Assembly (NCBI GenBank): GCA_013151875.1
Contig: JAADHL010000360.1
Location: 1 to 36,054 of the forward strand
Direction of reading: 5' to 3'
Source of the DNA: Deltaproteobacteria bacterium
Lineage (GTDB): Bacteria; Myxococcota_A; UBA9042; DTJE01
Length of the DNA stretch: 36,054 nucleotides
Made by a program: the position numbers and the translations under genes. The first letter of the stretch is position 1; every line of letters starts with the position of its first letter. The notes under the pieces are model-generated. The model was not told the DNA's origin, searched no databases, and worked only from the letters and a program-made list of their open reading frames with translations. Of this stretch, positions 9,243-15,986 are shown piece by piece.

Positions 9243-9596
9243 ATGGCACGGGTAAAAAGGGGTTTCAAGAGACGGCGCAGGCACAACCGGCTGCTGAAGC
9301 TGGCTTCCGGTTTTCGCGAACGCCGCAGGACGGCCTATCGACGGGCGGTGGAGAATGTGCACAGGGCCCTGAGGTTCGCATATGTGCACAGACGCCAGAA
9401 CAAGCGCAACTATCGTCGACTGTGGATTGCACGCATCAATGCCGCGTGCAGGATGAACGACACCAAATATTCGGATCTGATCCATGCCCTGAACCAAGCG
9501 GGCGCGATCATCGATCGCAAGGTGCTGGCGGATATCGCGGTTCATGACCCGGAAGGTTTCACGCGGATTGTGCAGACCACTTTGAGTGGGTCTTAA
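9243..9596 (+). CDS. rplT: 50S ribosomal protein L20
   Basis: MARVKRGFKRRRRHNRLLKLASGFRERR...RRLWIARINAACR. This is the canonical position after rpmI. Confidence 0.95.
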   Translation: MARVKRGFKRRRRHNRLLKLASGFRERRRTAYRRAVENVHRALRFAYVHRRQNKRNYRRLWIARINAACRMNDTKYSDLIHALNQAGAIIDRKVLADIAVHDPEGFTRIVQTTLSGS

Positions 9597-9636
9597 GACC
9601 GGTTGTTGGGGGATTATCCACGGAGGGCTCCTAAAG

Positions 9637-9915
9637 ATGACAAAGACTGACATCGTCGAAGGCGTTTACGAACGACTTGGAGGCTTTTCCAAGAAGGAAG
9701 CCGCTGCCATCGTGGAAACGATACTCGACGTCATGAAAGATGCCCTCACTGATGGCGAGAAGGTCAAGATTTCCAGTTTCGGCACCTTCACCGTCCGGGC
9801 AAAAAAGAAACGACGCGGAAGGAATCCAAAAACAGGCAAGACCCTTGAGATTTCGGCCCGCAAGGTCCTGACGTTCAAACCCAGTCAGGTCCTGAAATCG
9901 CTTCTGAACTCGTAG
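9637..9915 (+). CDS. ihfA: Integration host factor alpha-like (HU/IHF family DNA-binding protein)
   Basis: MTKTDIVEGVYERL...FGTFTVRAKKKRRGRNPKTGKTLEISARKVLTFKPSQVLK. ATG 9637 has GGAGG 10 nt upstream. The N-terminal extension from 9586 in the ORF track is rejected. Confidence 0.75.
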   Translation: MTKTDIVEGVYERLGGFSKKEAAAIVETILDVMKDALTDGEKVKISSFGTFTVRAKKKRRGRNPKTGKTLEISARKVLTFKPSQVLKSLLNS

Positions 9916-9937
9916 AGTTCGCTTAACACCGGGAGGC

Positions 9938-10456
9938 GTGATGGGCGGCCCTACCCGCCGACCGATCCCCGAGCGCCAATACTTCAAGATCGGTGAAGTC
10001 GCCTCCATTGTGGGTGTGTCCACCTCGGCAATACGTTTCTATCAGCGAGAATTCTGGCCACATGTACGTCCTGCCAGGACCGGCTCGGGGCATCACGTCT
10101 ATTCACGCCGCGACGTGATGATACTGGGCATGATTCGCACCTTGGTCCGCGACCAGCAGTACACTGTCAAAGGCGCGCGAACAAGACTGGGGGACCTCCT
10201 GTCCAGCCACGACGGCGACCCATCGACAATCGACCTGGGTCAGGGCGAGCTCCCTCTGGGCGGCCACGAAGCGGAAAAGGGAGTTGGAATCGAAGGGGAC
10301 CAGGTAGGCGGACCGGATACAGCAACCCGGAATGATCCGACGCTGCGCTCCACGACTGCCGAACGGGATTTGGAACGCTGCCGCGGGGAGTGGGAAGCCC
10401 GGCTTAGGCGAATCAGGCAGGCGGTCAACGAACTGCTTCAGGAAGTGGACGGATAG
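9938..10456 (+). CDS. MerR-family transcriptional regulator
   Basis: The N-terminal HTH YFKIGEVASIVGVSTSAIRFYQREF is the MerR signature. The C-terminal half shows no recognisable effector domain. Confidence 0.75.
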   Translation: MMGGPTRRPIPERQYFKIGEVASIVGVSTSAIRFYQREFWPHVRPARTGSGHHVYSRRDVMILGMIRTLVRDQQYTVKGARTRLGDLLSSHDGDPSTIDLGQGELPLGGHEAEKGVGIEGDQVGGPDTATRNDPTLRSTTAERDLERCRGEWEARLRRIRQAVNELLQEVDG

Positions 10457-10473
10457 AGCCGAATCCGCAATCG

Positions 10474-10983
10474 CTATCTGATGTCGCTGAATACGTAGTC
10501 CTTGTCCTTGGCGTCCACGTGACAGAAATAGCATCCCTCGGGATCCACCCGATCAAGGGACATTTCCTTTTTGGTGGAGGGGTCAAAGGCCTTGAAGGCC
10601 CATCGGCTGCCCTCGCCCATTCTGGCCTTGAACATCACCGAGACCCTGAACACATCACGGGGCACGAGCTGTCCAGCCGGATCCTGGGCCAGGATGCGCT
10701 CTTCCTTTACAAGGATCGATCCGACGGGGAAGTCCTTTCCCGGCTCGCGGCGCAGGGCCACGTCGTTCGCGAAGATATCGCGGGCCTGCCGCTCGGTTTC
10801 GCGCACTATCGGCGCCTGATTGATCTTTTTCCACTTGCGGTAGCCCGAGGGGAAGTCGGCGTTCTCGGCTTCACGCTGGGACCGACTGACACCCGCCCCC
10901 GAGCACCCGACAAGCGGAAACGTAGTCATGAGAGCAAGCAGCATCACCAAGGCGAACGGACTTTGCGGGGAATATCTCGGCAT
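10474..10983 (-). CDS. Cytochrome P460-family haem lipoprotein
   Basis: Lipobox LVGCSG and a C-terminal CYFCH (CXXCH) motif. P460-like landmarks are YRKW, FPVGSILVKE, WAFKAF and KDYVFS. ATG 10983 has GGAGG 5 nt upstream. Confidence 0.65.
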   Translation of the reverse strand: MPRYSPQSPFALVMLLALMTTFPLVGCSGAGVSRSQREAENADFPSGYRKWKKINQAPIVRETERQARDIFANDVALRREPGKDFPVGSILVKEERILAQDPAGQLVPRDVFRVSVMFKARMGEGSRWAFKAFDPSTKKEMSLDRVDPEGCYFCHVDAKDKDYVFSDIR

Positions 10984-11018
10984 GTATACCTCCCGGGGCC
11001 TCCCGTGGAGGGCTCCGG

Positions 11019-11240
11019 TCACCTGGACTGGGCGGCAAGCAGTTTCTTGCGCCTACGATCCGCCTCGCGCTGCTTTCTTTTGGCCTTGACGCTCGGCTTC
11101 TCGTGGAAACGGCGCTTTTTCAGCTCTTTGTAAAGTCCCTCGTTGGCCATCTTGCGTTTCAATGCCGACAGCGCGCGACCGACGTCATTGTCCTGAACGA
11201 CAACCTCGAGGGGCTTGAAATCCACGTTTTTCGGATTCAA
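11019..11240 (-). CDS. rpsU: 30S ribosomal protein S21
   Basis: ...VVVQDNDVGRALSALKRKMANEGLYKELKKRRFHEKPSVKAKRKQREA... The TTG start at 11240 has GGAGGTGA about 9 nt upstream. Confidence 0.85.
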   Translation of the reverse strand: MNPKNVDFKPLEVVVQDNDVGRALSALKRKMANEGLYKELKKRRFHEKPSVKAKRKQREADRRRKKLLAAQSR

Positions 11241-11276
11241 AAGGTCTCACCTCCCTTACCGTATCCGGGCGCAAGC

Positions 11277-11306
11277 CTTTTACAGCAGGCCGGCGGGGAT
11301 TGTCAA
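11277..11306 (-). promoter_or_regulatory. Sigma70-like promoter for rpsU
   Basis: On the minus strand: TTGACA (11306-11301), 18-nt spacer, TAAAAG (11282-11277), about 35 nt upstream of the rpsU start. Confidence 0.4.
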
Positions 11307-11332
11307 GCGGAATCAGCGACGCGCGACCCAAA

Positions 11333-12469
11333 TCACCCTGGCTCGCTGCGGGGAGGGGGTTCCTCCGATTCATCTCCGTCCCCCAGGTAGAACCGGCTTC
11401 TCTTGTAGGACTCCAGCGACACCATGACCAGCGCCCTGATTACGGCCGCGGAGGGGACCGCCAACAGAAGGCCCAGGAAACCCAGAAGCTCGCCGCCGGC
11501 AAGCAACGCGACAATCACGAGGAACGGGTTGATCCCGACCCGATTACCGATGATGTTGGGAGTGATCAGGGTTGCATCCAGCAGGGGCACTCCCCCGAAG
11601 ACAGCGAGAACCGCTATTACCTGACCGGCCCCAGAATAGTCCAGCGCAACGGACAAAAGCGACAGGATGAGCCCGATGAATATCCCAAGGTACGGAACGA
11701 AGTTCAGCAGACCGGCGATGATGCCGATGATCGTCCCTCCGGAGATGCCGATTATGGTCAGCGCCACTGAATAGATGCAGGCCATTGTCAGGCTGACGAT
11801 GATCTGGCCGCGGATGAATCCGGAAAGGGCGTCATCGACCGCGTTGATGGCCACCCGGGCGCCGTTGCGGTAACGGGCCGGCAGCATCTCCATTCCCTTC
11901 AAACCGATCTCCGGGTACGACCTGAGAAGGTAAAAGGTAAAGACCACCACAATGACCAGATTGACGACCGCCAGCCCCAGGTTCAGAGCGCTTTTGAAGG
12001 CGTACGAAAGCAGCCAGCCAGTGGGCGCGGCCAGGTTCTTGATGTTGTCCTGGATGGTCTGGGTCATGGCCAGGGCGTCAAAGTGCAACTTGATCCCCAG
12101 ATGCTGTTCGACCAAGGGCGACAGGCTTTGATCCAGGACGTCCAGCATCAGGGGAAAGCGTTGGACGAGGTCTATGAACTGCACGAACAAGGTCGGTATC
12201 ACCAGCAGGACGACGGCAGTCAACACCACCAGTGAAACCAGCACCATCAGGATGCTCCCCAGGGTCCGCGGAATGCCTCTTCGATGCAGGAAACCCACCG
12301 CCGGCGAAAGGATGTACGCGAACAGCAGCGAAAACATGATGGGGATCACCACCACCCGCAGACGGTACAGCAGCGCCAGGACAGCGCCGATGATGATCGC
12401 CACGCCGCCGTACTTGGCCAGCAGGTAGGGATAGCGTCGATGGGCCTGCCAGCGGGTGGGCGTCGGCAT
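11333..12469 (-). CDS. AI-2E family transporter (PerM/YhhT, UPF0118)
   Basis: Polytopic membrane protein with the ...GLLNFVPYLGIFIG... segment typical of this family. ATG 12469 has GGGAG 6 nt upstream. The longer ORF to 12574 is rejected. Confidence 0.75.
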   Translation of the reverse strand: MPTPTRWQAHRRYPYLLAKYGGVAIIIGAVLALLYRLRVVVIPIMFSLLFAYILSPAVGFLHRRGIPRTLGSILMVLVSLVVLTAVVLLVIPTLFVQFIDLVQRFPLMLDVLDQSLSPLVEQHLGIKLHFDALAMTQTIQDNIKNLAAPTGWLLSYAFKSALNLGLAVVNLVIVVVFTFYLLRSYPEIGLKGMEMLPARYRNGARVAINAVDDALSGFIRGQIIVSLTMACIYSVALTIIGISGGTIIGIIAGLLNFVPYLGIFIGLILSLLSVALDYSGAGQVIAVLAVFGGVPLLDATLITPNIIGNRVGINPFLVIVALLAGGELLGFLGLLLAVPSAAVIRALVMVSLESYKRSRFYLGDGDESEEPPPRSEPG

Positions 12470-12566
12470 GTGAGGCTCCCTTGGAAACGAACCAAGATTA
12501 TCATTACTGCCGACAATCCGCGAAAAAAGCAATCCGTACCTTGGCTCAGAGCGAAGTCCCAGATTA

Positions 12567-12602
12567 GATTCCAAGACTGGATTCCTGGGTTCGATTCCAA
12601 GA
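12567..12602. repeat. 10-nt direct repeat GATTCCAAGA (x2) flanking a tRNA T-arm-like string
   Basis: GATTCCAAGA occurs at 12567-12576 and 12593-12602. Between and over them lies CTGGGTTCGATTCCAAG, a T-arm consensus with one stem mismatch. It sits about 100-130 nt upstream of the AI-2E transporter start. Confidence 0.6.
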
Positions 12603-12687
12603 TTCGGGGTTCATGGTAGACAGATGGATGGAAAACGTGGAAACGGATTTCGAGACGGCGGCACCGCGGAACCGCCGGTCGTCTGAA

Positions 12688-13594
12688 TTACTTCAGTTCC
12701 GGTCTGCGAAGCGAAACTGACGCGGTCTTCCCGACATCGGCACGGATCTGTTCGGCCAGTTCATCGACGTCCGCGAACTTTCTGATCTCACGCAGATATT
12801 TAAAGAAGTTCAGCCGGACCCTCGTGCCCACCAGGTCCCCATCGAATCCCAGCAGATGGGCCTCCATCACGGGACGCCTGGACTCGAACGTAGGTATGGG
12901 TCCATGATGGACCGCCGCAGGCATACACCCCGTGTCGGGGCCGGGTTTCGCCATCGAAAAGTATATTGGCCGTCGGAAAACCCAGTTTGGCCCCACGGCC
13001 CTCGCCATGCACCACTTCCCCGCACACTGAAAACGGACGCCCTATCATCCTTTCGGCCGTTTCCATGTCTCCCTCTTCAATCCGGCGCCGGATCCGCGAG
13101 GAACTGATGCGCATCCCGTCGATTTCCACGGCCGGCATCACATGCAGTTTGAATTCGCCTCTTTTGGAATATCGCGTCAGGAGTTCCACGTCGCCTTCCC
13201 TGCCCCGGCCGAAGCGCGCGTCCTCTCCCACGAAAAGCTCGCGGCACTTCAGCCGGCCGATCAGATGGTCCCTGATGAAATCGTCGGCGCTGATCGCCGC
13301 CAGCTCGAAGGTGAACGGTATCACTTCCAGAAAGTCCAGGCCGGCCTTCTCGATCTCGTTCTGTCGGTCCTCGAGACTCTGGATCATCGAGGGCGCCCTT
13401 TCCGGATGCAACACCTTCAGGGGATGAGGAAAAAACGTCACCAGGCAGGAAGACATCCCCTGGGATTCGGCGGTCTCCACAACCTGCTCCAGGATGACCC
13501 GGTGGCCCCTGTGAACACCATCGAAGTTGCCCATTGTGACGACGGTCGGTCCAGTGCCCTCGGGCGTCCCGCCCAGCCCTCTGATCATCCGCAT
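12688..13594 (-). pseudogene. ribF: Bifunctional riboflavin kinase/FMN adenylyltransferase, interrupted by a frameshift near 12905-12925
   Basis: Frame A (to 12800) carries VVTMGNFDGVHRGH ... GRGAKLGFPTANI ... HGVYA and then runs into non-homologous sequence. Frame B (12688-13008) carries ...GPIPTFES...EAHLLGFDGDLVGTRVRLNFFKYLREIRKFADVDELAEQIRADV, the flavokinase C-terminus. Confidence 0.7.
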
Positions 13595-13698
13595 GGTTCG
13601 ACTGCCCCCATCGCAGGCCAGATCCAGGGGATCATTCTGTGCATGTCGCAAAGGACGTCAAGCCCCGGGGTGCTTTTCTTCAGCGAACAGGCACCGGT

Positions 13699-14328
13699 TC
13701 AGGCCGTTTTTTCCTCTTTCGACTTCAGCGCGCGTTCGAGGTCCGCGATCAATCCGTCCAGATCCCCCTGGTCCTTCGGCGACTGGGAGCCCACGGACCT
13801 GAGCGCCTCGACGGCGCGCGCGTACAGCTCCCTGTCGTGCTGGGCTTCGCCGATCATGCTGTCCCTCAGGGAAAACACGTCGGCCTCCAGGAATCTGAAC
13901 TCGTCTTTACTGCGCAGTTTGCGAATTGAATTGAATCTGCCTTGCGCCATGGCGCGCAGCATCATCGATACGGCGAACACGGGCCCTGCGGCCCTGAAGG
14001 TCATCCGCACGCTGACCCAGGCCAGCAGGGCCACCAGGACAGCGGCGACCATCGCCAGGGTCAGGGCCCTCGCCAGGTTGTCGGTACCGACCTCCTCTCC
14101 GAGGTCCTTGTTGAATTCACGGTCATCCTGGTCCAGAGGCCTCCCCACGTCCTGCTGAGCCTGGTTCACGCCCATTATCCTCTGCTGCTCTCCAAGGGTG
14201 TTCATGTACATGAACCCCAGCACCACCAGGATCGACATGGCAACGCCGACTATCATGGCGGTGTAGCGGGTCTGGAAGCTGGCGTTTATCCAGATCTTGC
14301 GCCGTTTGTATCCACGATTGCCACCCAT
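13699..14328 (-). CDS. Two-TM membrane protein with a HAMP-like linker and coiled-coil tail
   Basis: TM1 is YTAMIVGVAMSILVVLGFMYM and TM2 is LTLAMVAAVLVALLAWVSV. TM2 is followed by RMTFRAAGPVFAVSMMLRAMAQGRFNSIRKLRSKDEFRFLEADV, a HAMP-like pattern. ATG 14328 has AGGAGG 6 nt upstream. Confidence 0.55.
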   Translation of the reverse strand: MGGNRGYKRRKIWINASFQTRYTAMIVGVAMSILVVLGFMYMNTLGEQQRIMGVNQAQQDVGRPLDQDDREFNKDLGEEVGTDNLARALTLAMVAAVLVALLAWVSVRMTFRAAGPVFAVSMMLRAMAQGRFNSIRKLRSKDEFRFLEADVFSLRDSMIGEAQHDRELYARAVEALRSVGSQSPKDQGDLDGLIADLERALKSKEEKTA

Positions 14329-14372
14329 GTAGCACCTCCTGGACCCCTGGGACCTCACAAGGGGTCAAGAAA

Positions 14373-15215
14373 TCACCGACTCAATGCCTTTGCAAAAGAA
14401 GCGGCCACGGCCTTTCCGGCTGCCGTCACGGCCATTTCCCTGGCGTCCGGCGGCTCCTCCACAATCGTGTATTCGTCCGCATAGGGATCCGGCGGAGGCG
14501 GCTCTCCCCCCTTTCCTTTCGCTTTGGCCTTCCCCTTCCAGATCACTACCCCGGGCACGGCAACCGCCCTGAAAGTCACCCTGGCCTCCGCCTTTTTACG
14601 GTTGCCTGTCGTGCCGACCACTTCACCTTCCAGGACCAGCATCACCTGAGGGCCTGGTTCGCCTTTTTCAACGTCGTCGCGAAAGTCCATCGAGGAAGCC
14701 ACGTCAAAACGATCCCGACTCAACAGTTCCTCCAGAACACCCTCCTGATATGCCTTGGTCAGGGTATCCGGGCGCCAGCCCCTTTTTGCCTTCAGACCGC
14801 GCACATTGAACGTCACAACCGGGGCCGACGACGCCACTCGGATGGCCGATTTCTTTGCCCACTTGGCCACGAAGGCGTTCGGGTCGAGCGCGGCTCTGCA
14901 CAGCGGAGCAAATGCCTCCGGCGCGCCTATGGTCCCCAACGCCTTGGCGGCGGAGCCTCGGACCAGCCGGCTCGAATCACCCAGCGCGGCGATCAAGGCC
15001 GAGACTGCCTTTGGGTCCTTGCCTTTCGATTCGAGCCCCAAGGCGGCCTGCGCGCGGACCCTGGGGCTGGGATCGGAGGTCAGGGCCTTGACCAGATCCG
15101 TGCCCGCAAATACTTTCCCCGCAAACGCAATCTCAAGGAAAACAACGATAATCGCAGCCGCTCGGACCCCAGCGTTCGAAATCAGCACTCCGCACTCCAT
15201 GGTTCGCAGTCGCAC
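14373..15215 (-). CDS. Secreted HEAT-repeat protein with an uncharacterised C-terminal domain
   Basis: Hydrophobic N-terminus. PBS-lyase/HEAT-type repeats are SDPSPRVRAQAALGL, GDSSRLVRGSAAKALGTIG and LDPNAFVAKWA. The start is uncertain (GTG 15215 or ATG 15200) and neither has a clear SD. Confidence 0.5.
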   Translation of the reverse strand: MRLRTMECGVLISNAGVRAAAIIVVFLEIAFAGKVFAGTDLVKALTSDPSPRVRAQAALGLESKGKDPKAVSALIAALGDSSRLVRGSAAKALGTIGAPEAFAPLCRAALDPNAFVAKWAKKSAIRVASSAPVVTFNVRGLKAKRGWRPDTLTKAYQEGVLEELLSRDRFDVASSMDFRDDVEKGEPGPQVMLVLEGEVVGTTGNRKKAEARVTFRAVAVPGVVIWKGKAKAKGKGGEPPPPDPYADEYTIVEEPPDAREMAVTAAGKAVAASFAKALSR

Positions 15216-15226
15216 GGGTTGCCGGG

Positions 15227-15859
15227 CTAAAGTCCCACGTCGACGAATATGTAGTCCCCTTCATGCCGATAGAGGTATCCGACCGGTTTCTTGAGGAATA
15301 TGGACACGATGGTCTGCCGCGCTTCCCCCTCCCCGGTCTGCTGGATTGTGACCCTGTTGACGGCCGTGGGGAACTCGCTGGTGTTCAGGAAGCGCTGGTC
15401 GTTCGCGGTTGAGATATCGGTTCCGGGAAGCTTCAGCACGATCCTGTCGGGCTTTGGCTTCGTGACGTTGAACCTGATTGGGCCTTTGAGTTGTAGAAAG
15501 ACCCTGGAATACGTAGCGAAAGGCTGGAAGCCGACCCATTCCAGCACTGGGCGGGTTGGTTGGGCCTGGTCGGGCTTGGCGTTTTTGACGGAAACGGCCG
15601 AGGTGTCGCGGACACCCGGAACGACCCCCTTGTATCCACGCGACACGTATATCTGCCCTGCCTCGTCGGCCACCTTGTCCCACTCGCTGGAATTCGAGGT
15701 GATCACTATCCCCGTTCTCTTCTTGGCGTTTTCTTCCTTCTTTTCCCCCATCATCTGGATTCGAGGCGCGACCTTCCTCTCGTCGCGCACCTGGGACCAG
15801 GCCGGTACGGCCACGGCAACAACGAATGAAAGGGAAAACAGCATGCCGAGCAGTCTCAT
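15227..15859 (-). CDS. Secreted AMIN-domain protein
   Basis: Signal peptide MRLLGMLFSLSFVVAVAVPAWSQ. The C-terminal ...FATYSRVFLQLKGPIRFNVTKPKPDRIVLKLPGTDIS...NRVTIQQ... resembles AMIN domains of PilQ/AmiC. ATG 15859 has GGAGG 5 nt upstream. Confidence 0.55.
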   Translation of the reverse strand: MRLLGMLFSLSFVVAVAVPAWSQVRDERKVAPRIQMMGEKKEENAKKRTGIVITSNSSEWDKVADEAGQIYVSRGYKGVVPGVRDTSAVSVKNAKPDQAQPTRPVLEWVGFQPFATYSRVFLQLKGPIRFNVTKPKPDRIVLKLPGTDISTANDQRFLNTSEFPTAVNRVTIQQTGEGEARQTIVSIFLKKPVGYLYRHEGDYIFVDVGL

Positions 15860-15933
15860 CCCTGCCTCCGTGATACGGGACGTTTCATGATACCCCCGGC
15901 GGGGAACACTCGCAAAGAAGACGCGGATAACGC

Positions 15934-15973
15934 ATGACTGAAGCATGAAGACGAGCTAGAATCGGCTCGTCTT
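15934..15973 (+). promoter_or_regulatory. Candidate nnr promoter overlapped by a perfect 9-bp inverted repeat
   Basis: ATGACT (15934-15939), 17-nt spacer, TAGAAT (15957-15962). The inverted repeat is AAGACGAGC (15948-15956) / GCTCGTCTT (15965-15973), with an 8-nt loop that contains the -10 hexamer. It ends 14 nt before the nnr ATG. Confidence 0.35.
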
Positions 15974-15986
15974 GCGGGGTGATGCG

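Noticed and set aside
10440-10480. Bidirectional terminator between the convergent merR and cytochrome P460-like genes
   Set aside because: Only a 5-bp stem (GATAG/CTATC) with a loop of about 17 nt and no U-tract, which is too weak to call.
12520-12640. A complete tRNA or tmRNA gene suggested by the GGTTCGATTCC string
   Set aside because: I found no acceptor-stem complement, no proper D arm (only GCTCAGAGC) and no 7-nt anticodon loop when folding by hand. I kept it only as a tRNA-like fragment and repeat.
12655-12690. Rho-independent terminator after ribF (GACGGCGG...CCGCCGGTC hairpin)
   Set aside because: The stem is imperfect (bulged G), and the downstream sequence on the minus strand (tcgaaatccgtttcc) is only weakly U-rich. 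This is not enough to annotate.
13142-14158. 338-aa plus-strand ORF spanning ribF and the HAMP-protein gene
   Set aside because: It crosses a gene boundary on the opposite strand, is Ser/Arg/Pro/Ala-rich with no motifs, and both minus-strand genes have recognisable domains and SDs.
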